IMG/VR virus record: IMGVR_UViG_3300025065_000001
Coordinates: 16,545 to 80,544 of that record
DNA length: 64,000 nt
Source: a virus
Direction: 5' to 3' (one strand)
A program made the translations under genes and the position numbers. Positions 1-10,400 of the stretch are shown piece after piece (the first letter of the stretch is position 1; every line of letters starts with the position of its first letter). Below the pieces are notes generated by a model, which was given only the letters and a program-made list of their open reading frames with translations, was not told where the DNA came from and did no database searches.

Positions 1-792
1 TCTGTCGGGGCAGCTCCCAATCACGCGTACTGTTCTGAATGTGGTTTCGACTACATGGCCGAAGGCAACGAAATTAGTTTCTGGTTTCGTGAATGTGATA
101 ACGGCCATCGAATCGGTGAGAACGGAACCCACCTTCGCTTAACCGACCTCCGTGCTTGGAAAGAATTATCACTCGTGAACAAAGGCGCGAGTAATAAACC
201 GAAGATACTTGGCTCTGCCAAGCAACGTCTGGGCAAAGACGCATATAACCAGCTTGCCGCTTCAAGTTCTCCTGAAGCCGTACAGTTCAGTTATATGACT
301 TGCTCCCCCACTCAAAGTGAAACAACAGGTGAAACTATGGATTTATCAGCATTAACAAACCAAGTTTCTACGTTGTCCGCAGCTAACGGCAAGCTAGAAG
401 TTAAACTCGAATCGGCAGAGGCAGCGCTTACCGCTTCTCAGTCGGAAGTTGCCGCGCTGAAAGGACAAGTAGAAGAACTAAATACGAAGATTGAAAACGG
501 TTCTGAAACCAAACTTCAATCTGATCTTTCAGCCGCTCAAGCGCAACTTGAAACGGCGAATAAAATTGTCGGCGTGTTCGATGAACAAGTTAAGCTTGCC
601 GCAAAAATGGCGGGTTTGACGTTGGCTGAAGACGCCAGCGCGGACGACAAAATTGAGCTGTTAAAACAAGCTCAAATTAAACTGGCAGCAATCCCAAGGG
701 ATGGTGTTGGCAAAGGTGCGGATACACCGGTAGCTGACGACGTTCTGGTGCTTACTGCCGCGCATAACAGTGCGTTTGTTTCTAATCGATAA
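1..792 (+). CDS. Prohead protease/scaffold (5'-truncated)
   Basis: Frame 1 is open from base 1 (SVGAAPNHAYCSECGFDY...). SVG...CxxC segment followed by a long coiled-coil C-terminus; lies upstream of the decoration and capsid genes. Confidence 0.7.
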   Translation, partial: SVGAAPNHAYCSECGFDYMAEGNEISFWFRECDNGHRIGENGTHLRLTDLRAWKELSLVNKGASNKPKILGSAKQRLGKDAYNQLAASSSPEAVQFSYMTCSPTQSETTGETMDLSALTNQVSTLSAANGKLEVKLESAEAALTASQSEVAALKGQVEELNTKIENGSETKLQSDLSAAQAQLETANKIVGVFDEQVKLAAKMAGLTLAEDASADDKIELLKQAQIKLAAIPRDGVGKGADTPVADDVLVLTAAHNSAFVSNR

Positions 793-803
793 GGGGAAGA
801 GTC

Positions 804-1196
804 ATGCAAATTGGCGATTTACAACATCAGGGTATCCGCACTGAATCCGCGGCAGCGTCATTCTATTTGGATACCTCTATTACAGGCTTCGACGCCATTG
901 GTAAGCCTGTTTCTATTACCGGTAATTTTACGGTGGGTTTCGGATCAGCAGACGATGAGATTCTAGGTTATCTCGAGTCTTATGAAGACCGTGATGTAGA
1001 AAAAGTAAAAATGGGTGCGGTTTCTTGGCATATGTGTGCGGTTTTTGAATACGCCGGTACAGCGCCAACCGTAGGTGGCAATGTAGTATCAAATGGTGAT
1101 GGTAAGGTAAAGGTTGCCGGAGCTGGGGCGGGTCGCAACGTAGTTGTTACCGCTGTTGATACCACCAACAAAACGGTATCGGTAATCTTCCGTTAA
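804..1196 (+). CDS. Head decoration/cement protein
   Basis: 130-aa beta/Gly-rich protein between scaffold and major capsid protein; SD AGGGG. Confidence 0.6.
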   Translation: MQIGDLQHQGIRTESAAASFYLDTSITGFDAIGKPVSITGNFTVGFGSADDEILGYLESYEDRDVEKVKMGAVSWHMCAVFEYAGTAPTVGGNVVSNGDGKVKVAGAGAGRNVVVTAVDTTNKTVSVIFR

Positions 1197-1238
1197 TTCG
1201 GAAGATTCAAACCGCAAATAAAAATTTGGAGATTGACG

Positions 1239-2444
1239 ATGCAAGCAGCAAATCTTAGTCAGATTAAACGCGCCCCACTTAACGTGGTTTTAGCGGGTAT
1301 TAATAGTGAGCACAGCGACGAATCTATTCGCGCTGGCGTAAAGCTGGTACAAGCAGCAAAACAATACGGTATTAACGTTCGTGATTACCTAAACCTAGCA
1401 GTTGACGTTCGTGCGTCGAATGATGAAAAGGCTGGTAAAAACTTCCGTTTGGATAACGGTAACTTTATGACCGGCTACCAAGCCGCTATCGTAGAGTTGA
1501 ACCTTCCGTTCAAAAACGCTTTTGAGCAAGGCATTACCCTTCAAGCTGCAGCGGATACTTTCAGTGCACGCCCAGGCTCTCGCGCACTTTTCCCAGAAGT
1601 TATCGATGATATGCTTCAGTGGAATACGCGCCAAGATATGTTCGAATCAACGGCCCCTATGGTGGCGCAAACCCGAACTATCACTGGTAATGAACTTATT
1701 ACCACCGCAATTTTTGACGACCAAGGCCAGCTAAATACTTCGCCTATCGCGGAACTTGCGAACATTCCGATGCAGACTATCAAAAGCTCTGATAAGTCGG
1801 TTAAGTTCTTCAAACATGGTTCTGGTATCCGTACCTCATACGAATTCGAACGTCGTGTGAGCTTAGATATTCTTACCCCATATGCTGCCCGTATAGCGCG
1901 TAACAAAGAAATCAGCAAAGTGAAGATGGCTACCTCGCTATTGATCAATGGTGATGGTGTTCACGAAGCTGCAGAAGTGGTTCCAGCTTCTAATTATAAA
2001 GATTGGGATGCGGCTAAAGGCCTTAAAGGTAACTATGTTGCCTTAGCGGACTTCTTGGCGCAACGTGCGCGTAAAGGCGTACCGGTTGATACTATCGTAG
2101 GTAACTACGATATGTGGCTAGAACTGTTCCTAATGTTCTTACCAACTCAACCTAACGGTAAGTCTACCTCTGAAATTCTTCAGGAGAACGGTGGTCCTCG
2201 CGTGGCTCTGGCCATGGACTTCTTAAGCGGTGTCAACTTCCATATTTCAAGCTCAGCCCCTACGGGTAAGCTGATTTGTTATTCGAAGGCTGACACGCTG
2301 GAAGAACTTATCGAAGCCGGTTCTGTACTGTCTGAGTCTGAGACAGCAATCAAGAACCAGTCGATTACTTACGTGAAAACTGAGAACTCAGGCTATCGCC
2401 TAGTTTACGGTGATACTCGCGTAATCTTCGATACCACGGCCTAA
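1239..2444 (+). CDS. Major capsid protein (HK97 fold)
   Basis: ~400 aa, syntenic position, followed by a hairpin. ATG lies inside the box GGAGATTGACGATG. Confidence 0.8.
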   Translation: MQAANLSQIKRAPLNVVLAGINSEHSDESIRAGVKLVQAAKQYGINVRDYLNLAVDVRASNDEKAGKNFRLDNGNFMTGYQAAIVELNLPFKNAFEQGITLQAAADTFSARPGSRALFPEVIDDMLQWNTRQDMFESTAPMVAQTRTITGNELITTAIFDDQGQLNTSPIAELANIPMQTIKSSDKSVKFFKHGSGIRTSYEFERRVSLDILTPYAARIARNKEISKVKMATSLLINGDGVHEAAEVVPASNYKDWDAAKGLKGNYVALADFLAQRARKGVPVDTIVGNYDMWLELFLMFLPTQPNGKSTSEILQENGGPRVALAMDFLSGVNFHISSSAPTGKLICYSKADTLEELIEAGSVLSESETAIKNQSITYVKTENSGYRLVYGDTRVIFDTTA

Positions 2445-2455
2445 CCAACAATAAC

Positions 2456-2471
2456 CCCCTTAATTAAGGGG
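2456..2471 (+). terminator. Hairpin after capsid gene
   Basis: CCCCTTAATTAAGGGG palindrome. Confidence 0.5.
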
Positions 2472-2491
2472 GCTACTTGGAGAATCAACTA

Positions 2492-2929
2492 ATGAAAATG
2501 ATCTTAGCTAAAACCACTAAAAATTTTATGCTAATGACGCGTTTCGGAATTATTGAAGCGTTCCGCCCTTCGGTAATTGGCCATTGCACGGAAGTGGACC
2601 AGTTTGTTTCACAGCAGCAAATAAAGGTGCTGGATAACGACTTGCCAGATAACGCCACGGATGAAGAGTTCAAAAAGTTCTTTGACGATCACGATGGTGA
2701 CTGGGAAACCGCACTGGAAAATTTCAAGCTGAGTCTTGAAGGCATTGAAGAGAGTAAGGAAGACTCTGGCGAAGGTGATAAGGAAGACTCTGATAAAGAG
2801 ACTGGCGAAGGTGATAAGGAAGACTCTGATAAAGAGACTGGTGAAGGTGATACGGACAACTCACCAGAACCGGCACCGGCACCAGCCCCTAAGAAAACCA
2901 CGACTCGCACGACTAAAGCGAAGTCTTAA
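2492..2929 (+). CDS. Hypothetical protein with acidic repeat tail
   Basis: ORF with SD GGAG; GEGDKEDSDKET repeats, then Pro/Lys-rich end. Confidence 0.6.
   Translation: MKMILAKTTKNFMLMTRFGIIEAFRPSVIGHCTEVDQFVSQQQIKVLDNDLPDNATDEEFKKFFDDHDGDWETALENFKLSLEGIEESKEDSGEGDKEDSDKETGEGDKEDSDKETGEGDTDNSPEPAPAPAPKKTTTRTTKAKS
2768..2851 (+). repeat. 36-bp in-frame tandem repeat (2.3 copies)
   Basis: GGCGAAGGTGATAAGGAAGACTCTGATAAAGAGACT twice plus a partial copy. Confidence 0.9.
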
Positions 2930-2938
2930 GGAACAACC

Positions 2939-3625
2939 ATGTTAAGTGTCCCAAATAACGAAATGTTAATGCTGACCGAGTTTCAAATAGGTGACTACAC
3001 CTATTTGCCGGACTTTGGGACCGTAAGTGTCTCCCTCAAGGACCAAGAGGGCGTTGAGGTACATTCGGTGGATGTACCTTTTGATGCTGATTACAGCATC
3101 CCTCAAGATATCCTGAAAGTCAGCAGCAGTGATATCTTGAGCTTTTTTAAGTTGACGGTTAAGTTCACTAGCGAAAATCGCCAACGTATTTATACGGATA
3201 TTGTTCGGGTTCATATGGATTTTATGTTTACATCCACACCTTCGAATCTAAGAAGCCTTATCGGGCTATACGAAGAAGAACTTCCTGATAGTGATATTGA
3301 TTTTATTTACTCGTTCAATGAGCTGGTAAATGAACTTGGCCAAGGCCTACTTGAAGATACAAACGCTCGTATCAACAAGTTAATTTTGCTACATGAAGCT
3401 GTGCGCCACCTCCCTGCGTTAGGACTGAAAACTCTAAAGTCTAATGAAATTGACGACACTAAGAAGTCTCGACTATCAAATATTGATATAAAAGCCGTGC
3501 AGGACTCTATTACCTCTCAGTATTGGGCTCACAAATTAACGTTTGAGTCCGTGGCTGAATTCCCTCAACCTCCACTACTTGAGTTTGTGAGCCGAACCGA
3601 CCCATTCACAGGTGAGGACGCATGA
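2939..3625 (+). CDS. Putative head-tail adaptor
   Basis: Position and size only. Confidence 0.45.
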   Translation: MLSVPNNEMLMLTEFQIGDYTYLPDFGTVSVSLKDQEGVEVHSVDVPFDADYSIPQDILKVSSSDILSFFKLTVKFTSENRQRIYTDIVRVHMDFMFTSTPSNLRSLIGLYEEELPDSDIDFIYSFNELVNELGQGLLEDTNARINKLILLHEAVRHLPALGLKTLKSNEIDDTKKSRLSNIDIKAVQDSITSQYWAHKLTFESVAEFPQPPLLEFVSRTDPFTGEDA

Positions 3626-4104
3626 ATATCTTCACCAGATATACTTCAGGGAATCTTAATTTGGTTGCACGTACTACGCAGCCGAATGAGAGTTTCAGAA
3701 GTCTGGTACCTGTTAGGTCCATGGTGCATATACCAAAGCGATTCAGGGTTAAAGCAGGGGACATTATTCGTAAGAATGAACACACAGCGTTCCTACTGGC
3801 CGAACACCATGCTTACGGCTTAAATAACGTTTTCCTTGGATTGGCTATTAACGCTGAGGTTGATGTTACCTATTCTATTCGCGTCCGCCATCCTGTAACT
3901 GGGTTGGAGACCAATGGCTTTAGTACTGAAAGTGAAACCCTTTCTTGTGTACAGGAAATTGAAACCCCCGCTGAGGTAAAAGGTCTTACGGTCTCACAGG
4001 AGGTCTTTTACTTTGGTTCTGAAATCCCCAGGGATGCCAAGATAAATGGCCGAACCGTAACTAAGGTTATGCCTGTTTCAGGAATTTACCGCGTAGAGGT
4101 GTAG
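3622..4104 (+). CDS. Putative head closure protein
   Basis: Position; beta-rich; ATGA overlap with previous gene. Confidence 0.4.
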   Translation: MNIFTRYTSGNLNLVARTTQPNESFRSLVPVRSMVHIPKRFRVKAGDIIRKNEHTAFLLAEHHAYGLNNVFLGLAINAEVDVTYSIRVRHPVTGLETNGFSTESETLSCVQEIETPAEVKGLTVSQEVFYFGSEIPRDAKINGRTVTKVMPVSGIYRVEV

Positions 4105-4107
4105 GCC

Positions 4108-5016
4108 GTGTCGGTTACCGCTGATTTTCAAGCCCAGTTCGAAGCTCTAGTTACAGGTTTAACAGAAGGGGAAACCGCTTTTGTTCGAAGTGAAATAGAG
4201 TCGGCCACCGTTGCTTTTCTGAATAATGTTTTCACTTCGCTAGCTGCAATGATAAGCGCTATGTCGAAGGAGGCGGAGGTAATTGGTTACGCGCCGAATG
4301 CTTTTGGCTATGAGGGAACGAGTAAACGAATAACCTCACGATGGCAAATTCGCAAAAATATAGGCTTAGGTAAAAAGCCTTTAACTCAAGAGCCGATGTT
4401 GTTCAGGGGGCTCAGTGAGAAAAAAGGCAAGACTTCTCTAGTTCAGTTGCTAAGACGATTAGGCAGCAATAATGATGTTGGTGCAAAGCTTTATACGGGA
4501 CTTGGGGGGCTTTCGTTGTCTCCGGTTGCTACGGGTTCCTCAGCTTTAAAGCCTGGGCTCAAGTTTTCAAAATGGGCGGGTAAAGCTTATAACCCTAGAA
4601 CCCGAGAATATGTGGCGTGGAAAGATGCCGTGATCCCTGCGGTAAATCATTACTTGAGACAAGGTGCGGTTAGAACCAATACAGGTGCAAGATTAGGTCC
4701 CAACTCTAGAGTATCGGTTGAAGGAAGACGAGGCCAGATATCGGTACAACGTGCCTTAGTTGAGGGGTTGGCCAGTGCCGGTATCAACGTGAGCTTCCTA
4801 TCCAAACTCAACAGCTTTTTAGGTGCTAAATCGGACTTTGATGAACTGGCCGACATACTTGAAACGTTAGGCTTAATAGACCAAAAGGAGCGAAACAAGA
4901 TAGGTCATTTGCATAAGTACAAGCACGCTATTTTGTTACCTTACTTTGGCGCCTTACTTTCTAGCACAGGAAAAAATTCTTTAACCGCTTACCTACAACG
5001 AGAGGGTGTCCTTTAA
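4108..5016 (+). CDS. Basic virion morphogenesis/neck protein (putative)
   Basis: Position in the neck module. Confidence 0.35.
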   Translation: MSVTADFQAQFEALVTGLTEGETAFVRSEIESATVAFLNNVFTSLAAMISAMSKEAEVIGYAPNAFGYEGTSKRITSRWQIRKNIGLGKKPLTQEPMLFRGLSEKKGKTSLVQLLRRLGSNNDVGAKLYTGLGGLSLSPVATGSSALKPGLKFSKWAGKAYNPRTREYVAWKDAVIPAVNHYLRQGAVRTNTGARLGPNSRVSVEGRRGQISVQRALVEGLASAGINVSFLSKLNSFLGAKSDFDELADILETLGLIDQKERNKIGHLHKYKHAILLPYFGALLSSTGKNSLTAYLQREGVL

Positions 5017-5475
5017 ATGGCCCAGTATATAAATATCCAAGCCTCTCTACTTCGGTTCTGTAGTGATAATGCAAAACTATTGCGTGCGCTTGTCGGAACT
5101 GAATTTAAGAGCCTCAACCTCGATGCCTTTTCCAATGAAGATGAGTTACCGGAAGGGGACTTTATTGGTATTGAGGATTTAGCCGTACAGTCGGCCACGG
5201 ACGATATTCCGCTAGACACACTTTCTGCGGCAGTAACGATTAGTACGGTATCCGACACTAACAATATGCGACTAACAAAAGTCGTAGATCATATTTTTGA
5301 GTGTTTAAGGCCAACGAAAGCCTTTACGCTTTTTGATGAAACTACAGGGGCTAGAAGGGGAAATATTACGTGTATGAATATGACCCAAATTCTTCCTGTT
5401 CAGGACGGAAAAAACTCTCGGGTTATTCAGTCGATAATTTTTCAGGCCTCAGCTTTAGATGAATCGACAAAATGA
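5017..5475 (+). CDS. Putative tail terminator
   Basis: 152 aa, upstream of the tail tube gene. Confidence 0.45.
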   Translation: MAQYINIQASLLRFCSDNAKLLRALVGTEFKSLNLDAFSNEDELPEGDFIGIEDLAVQSATDDIPLDTLSAAVTISTVSDTNNMRLTKVVDHIFECLRPTKAFTLFDETTGARRGNITCMNMTQILPVQDGKNSRVIQSIIFQASALDESTK

Positions 5476-5783
5476 GTAAGTCCTAAGTCCTTCAAGCTGG
5501 CGCAAACAGCGATTTGAAAAGCTTGTTGACGGGTGTATAGTGTTCGTTGGCAGTACTGATCAAGACGATTCAAAACTTTTTTGGGTAGTCTTAAGGTAAA
5601 GCTTTTTGATGATGCCGACTTAGGAACAACACGCATATCGATTGGACTTAAGTTATTGTGTAAAAAGTGGTCTAATAAGACGCGCAACTTGTCCGCATCA
5701 GATTCACCCTCAATAGGTGCTCTGGCTGCGGTCTCAAAAATGTTCGTGGGTGTGATGATTGAAATTGGTGTAAGTTTTGCCAT
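5442..5783 (-). CDS. Ribbon-helix-helix (Arc/CopG-like) DNA-binding protein
   Basis: SFTLRLPKKVLNRLDQYCQRTLYTRQQAFQIAV fits the RHH pattern; strong SD AAGGAGG. Confidence 0.65.
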   Translation of the reverse strand: MAKLTPISIITPTNIFETAARAPIEGESDADKLRVLLDHFLHNNLSPIDMRVVPKSASSKSFTLRLPKKVLNRLDQYCQRTLYTRQQAFQIAVCASLKDLGLTHFVDSSKAEA

Positions 5784-5838
5784 GTTTCATCCTCCTTCAG
5801 CAAGGTATCAATAATAACCTAAAATTTGGAGATTGACG

Positions 5839-6669
5839 ATGGCTGGTGAAGCTAAAACAACTGATTTTATGTTGGGTACTGCCACTGTAATGATTGGTAA
5901 CCCAGAAGACCTCTACAAACTAAACCCAGAACAACATTCTGTGGGCCTAGTTAAGAATTTCACAATCGAAGCAACCAAGGAACGTTCTGACCTTACCCAA
6001 GGCCGAACTAACGATGTTGTTTTCACACTAACAACCGGTGCCACGACTCGAGGCACATTCGAAATGTATGAATACACCGAAAAGAACCTTGCTTACGCGT
6101 TAGGTCTAGACGGTGGGGAGTTGGTATCTCCTGAAGGTGATGCTCACGTAGTTAAGACTTCTGCTTCTTTCTCAGCCGGTTCGGTTACTCTAGCTCTCAA
6201 TGATGGTACAGGACAGGATATTGAGGTAGGTAGTTGGGTTAGTGTTCGCGACCCTATTTCAGAAAATATTGTTTTAGGTACCGTAAAAACTACTTCAGGA
6301 CTAACGGATGGTACAGCAGCAACCGCTACTATCGAAGTAGAAGTCCCTGACAGCACTATGGCTTGGGAAGTTCCGGCTGGCGCATATGTATCCCTAGTAA
6401 CGGTACTTGATGTGGGCTCAACGGATGTTGACCGAGACTTTGCCGCTAAGGTTCAAGGCCAGCTAGCTAACGGTAAGTGGATCACACTTCTTATTCCTAA
6501 GATGCGTGTTTCTTCAGGTCTTACTATGGCATTTGGTACCGACAACTTCGGTAATACACCGTTTGAGTTTACGCCACTTAAAGTTACACCTTCCGATACT
6601 TACTATGCACCTTTCAAAGGTACCTCTGGTAAGTTAGTTCATGACTCAGTACAAAGCGCATTGTCGTAA
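5839..6669 (+). CDS. Major tail tube protein
   Basis: Thr/Gly-rich, 276 aa, precedes chaperones and tape measure; followed by a terminator. Confidence 0.75.
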   Translation: MAGEAKTTDFMLGTATVMIGNPEDLYKLNPEQHSVGLVKNFTIEATKERSDLTQGRTNDVVFTLTTGATTRGTFEMYEYTEKNLAYALGLDGGELVSPEGDAHVVKTSASFSAGSVTLALNDGTGQDIEVGSWVSVRDPISENIVLGTVKTTSGLTDGTAATATIEVEVPDSTMAWEVPAGAYVSLVTVLDVGSTDVDRDFAAKVQGQLANGKWITLLIPKMRVSSGLTMAFGTDNFGNTPFEFTPLKVTPSDTYYAPFKGTSGKLVHDSVQSALS

Positions 6670-6695
6670 AAACCCTGGGTCTAAAAACTGTTTAG

Positions 6696-6719
6696 AAGGC
6701 CTCTTCGGAGGCCTTTTTT
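6696..6719 (+). terminator. Rho-independent terminator
   Basis: AAGGCCTC-TTCG-GAGGCCTT followed by a T run. Confidence 0.85.
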
Positions 6720-6732
6720 AAGGAAATTGACG

Positions 6733-7080
6733 ATGAGTGATAACCCTCCTGTAACCTTTACTATCAGCGTTAACGACGAAGATAAAGAAGTTTTCATGAG
6801 TTTTGCGCTACTCAATACCATCACAGGGTATTTTAGAACTGCGGATGAACTCGAACAAATCTTACTAAATCCAGACGTTCGGGCGAGTGTCATTACTGAA
6901 CTCCTATCTGAAAGAAATGAGACGGGCCGAATAACCCAGAATTTCGATATTAATACAATGAAGGCAGACCCAGACCAAATACTGGACTTGCTGGAATGGG
7001 TATCGGAGCACGTTGAGACTTTTTTTATGAAGGCTCTACAAAGAGCCAAGCAACGAATGAAGAAGAAGCAGACCACTTAG
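6733..7080 (+). CDS. Tail assembly chaperone (lambda G-like)
   Basis: Between tail tube and tape measure; contains slippery T TTT TTT at 7020-7026. Confidence 0.75.
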   Translation: MSDNPPVTFTISVNDEDKEVFMSFALLNTITGYFRTADELEQILLNPDVRASVITELLSERNETGRITQNFDINTMKADPDQILDLLEWVSEHVETFFMKALQRAKQRMKKKQTT

Positions 7081-7391
7081 AAGTCTTCAATTCTTGGTAC
7101 CTAAAACTGTCGTTTGAAGAGCAGTTGTGTTTTGTTTTCGAAACGGTACCCAGCCAGCTACAGAAGATATTTTGGTCACATAGTAACCAAGATATCAAAG
7201 TTAAAACCAAGCTAACACTTGGCTTAAAGACTGTCACAATGACCCAAGAGTATGTGACGTTATTGAATGCCGCAGGGACTATCTTCGGTAAAAAAGAAAG
7301 TGGTTCAGGCAAGCCCAGACGTAAAACTACGAGCACGGTACCAAAAGATGAAATAGAAGCTGAGGCCCGAGCAAGAGCCGTTTTTGGGTAA
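7020..7391 (+). CDS. Tail chaperone -1 frameshift extension (lambda T-like)
   Basis: The -1 frame is open from just before the heptamer (stop at 7014-7016) to 7391. Confidence 0.7.
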   Translation, partial: FFYEGSTKSQATNEEEADHLEVFNSWYLKLSFEEQLCFVFETVPSQLQKIFWSHSNQDIKVKTKLTLGLKTVTMTQEYVTLLNAAGTIFGKKESGSGKPRRKTTSTVPKDEIEAEARARAVFG

Positions 7392-7410
7392 CAATTAGGG
7401 GAAATTGACG

Positions 7411-10400
7411 ATGGCCGGCAGCACTGCATCCAATACAATTAGAAATACCTTACTTAATTTTACCGTCGATCCTAAATCCAAAAAGGTAATCGAGGAACTA
7501 ACTCGCGAGTTTGAAAAGCTAGAGCGGGTCACACAAGCCGCGAGTCAACAACTTCAAGCCAACATTAAGGCCATTAAGGACACCCCACAGGGGCGCTCTG
7601 AACTCGCCCAGAACGCTAAGAATGAAGTTAACACCCAACGCAAAATCTTAAGTGAGAACCAAAAGAATGCGCGTGCGTTACTAGATCAAATTGCCTTAAC
7701 CCTTGGGAAGGGACTTAACCCTCAACAGCAACAGCAGTTAGTGAAAGGTTTGAATCAAGCCTTTGGGGAAATTACAGGTCGCTTCACTAAACAGGCGCAA
7801 GCGCAAGCCAAGAAACAAGCAAAGGACCTTGCTGATTATTACGATCTTCAATTTCGTAAAAACCCCACCGTCCCAAAAGGTAGCCAGCTCTATAAATCTA
7901 GAGTAAACGCGTTAAACGAAAGTGAATTGCGCACAGGTATTCAAAGGCAAAAGCTTTTACGTAGTGGAGCCCAAAGTGCGCTTAACGATGCTATTCGTCT
8001 GGGGGATGTTAGCCTTGAGAAGAAAGCTCAAAGTGCACTTAAGAAACTTGAATCGGGTTTAGTCGCTGCAGAAGCACGACTAAAGAAGTTTACCGAGGCT
8101 TCTAAAAAAGCAGAAGTAGCACAAGACACCCAAGCTAGAACCGTAAGACGAACCCTTAAATCCTACAATGATGATGAGTTTCGATTAAACCCTACCGTAG
8201 CTAAAGGGCAAAAGGTTAAAGCGTCTCAAATCTCTACGTTGAACAGAACTCAACTAGAGGACGCTATTGCTCGGAATAAAGTTTACGAGAATGCTGCCCG
8301 TAAAGCGTTGAAGTCCAGTCTGGCGCCGGAGACGAGAAATAAAACGCTAGAGAATAACGCGGGTAAAGCGCTAAGAGAGCTTGAAGAATCAACCAAGCTT
8401 GCCAAAGCACGTTTAAAAGAATTCGCTGATGCTGCGGCCGAGGCCAAACGCGCTGAAAAAGCCGCACAGAAAGCCCAGCGACCTTCGACACAAGTGACCG
8501 AACAACAGCGTGTAGCTCGTCGTATTGAACAGATTAGACAATCTCAAACCAATCAGCGCTTAGATGGCGGAGCCCAGCTATTCAGAAACCAAGGGCAATT
8601 ACTTCGTAACTACGCTGTGATGGGCGCCGGTGTTGGTGGCCTTGCAACGTCCGCGACTTTCTCAACAGAGTTAGATAGACAGTTCAAACAACTACAATCC
8701 ATTGTGAACCTCACCAATGAGGAAATGGAAGAGCTATCTAAAAACCTTATTGATGTTTCGGAGAAAACTAAGTTTACAGCCACGGACGTAGCGGATGCGG
8801 CCATAACGCTTGGTCAGGCTGGCTTAGGTCAAAATGATATCCAAAATGCGATAGAGGGCGTTACGCTCTTTGCTACAGCGGTAGGTTCGGACTTAAAAAG
8901 TGCCGTTGACCTAGCCACATCAACATTAGGGGTATTTAATAAAGACAGTTCGCAGATGACCAACATCGTAGACAAAATGACTACGGCTGTGAACAGCTCC
9001 AAATTGAACCTAGATAAACTCGCCTTAGGTCTTCAGTACTCGGGTAACTTAGCGGCCCAGTCGAATGTGACTTTTGAAGAAACGGTCTCCGCACTTGGCG
9101 CAATGGCTAACTCGGGTATCCGAGCGGGTTCGACACTTGGTACCGGCCTTCGACAAATTATTATATCCCTGCAGAAACCGTCAGAGTCTTTTACCGAGAT
9201 TGTACACAACCTCGGGCTCTCAATGTCTGACCTAGATATTACGACTCACGGTTTAATACCGGTAATGAAAACACTGGCCGAGAGTGGCTTTACTGTCCGT
9301 GATGCTATGGAAAGTATGGAAGTACGTGCAGCATCCGCATACGGAGCGTTTGCAAACAACATTAGCGTAGCGGAAGACTTAAGCGAACAAATGCGTATTG
9401 GGGGTTCTGCGGCCCGTGCGAACGACACGCAGATGGAAGCCTTAGCTAACCAGCTAGACCGTTTAGGCTCTATCAGTAAATCGATTGTATATGAGTCAAT
9501 GGAGCCACTACTAGACACTATTACCAAGCTTACTGAAAAGACCGCTGACTTTCTTTCAGTGGTAAGAGACCTCGGGCCAATTTTAAGCGCTTTAGCAGTA
9601 CCAGCTTCCATACTAGGGGGCGTACTGGCCACAAGAAGCGTTCTTCGTCTGGGAGCGGGGTTACTTGGCGGCGTCGATATGCTAACCGGAGGAAAAGGTA
9701 AAGGTAGCACAATCTCTAGGCTTGCTAAGGTTGCCACTGGTAGAGGATTAGGTACGGCTGCGGGGTTCGCCGCTCGTGCAATACCTGGGGTTGGGCTTGC
9801 TACTGCCGTAGGTACCGCAGGGGTTTATGGGTACCAGTACCTCGATGGCCGAGCCCGAGCTAATGATCGTGTTGATAGTACGCAAGCGGCCTTAAACCGT
9901 GGTACCTCTGAAACTAAGGTTTATGAAGACCAGCTTAAGAAAGTTGGGTCGGCTATCGATACGCTTATCTTAAAGCAAAATGACCTTACAAATAACGAGT
10001 CCCTTCAGCGCGAGATACGTCGTCTTAACGATGAGTTTCGTCAGCAAGGGTTGTACATCGATGATTCGATAGACAGCTACGACAAGCTTATTACCAAGAT
10101 GAAGGAGTTTGAGGACGCTACTCGTGATGGGGTGGGGTACCTTCAAACCCAAAACCGAAATAACTTTGTTGATAACTCTGAGGCTAAATTAAATGAGCTG
10201 TTTTCAATCGGCTTTTTCGATTCATCTGAGCGCAGACTATTAGCCCAAGAGAAGGGAACGGATGTTAGCGTTGGTAGCGGTAAAACCGCGACCCAACGAG
10301 GCCGCTTTGCCAGCCGAGGAAATGTTTATAGAAGTCTGATAGATACCGCGCTGCCGAATTTCGGGGATGATCTTGCGAGTATCAACGAGCTTATCCGCAA

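Noticed and set aside
3446-3457. Partial boxes inside genes (GAAATTGACGAC here, GAAATTGACGG at 23341)
   Set aside because: Mid-gene, imperfect and explainable by Glu-Ile-Asp codons; not counted.
5581-5814. Alternative + strand ORF and the many other antisense/shadow ORFs in the track
   Set aside because: They overlap better-supported genes and lack SD sequences or motifs.
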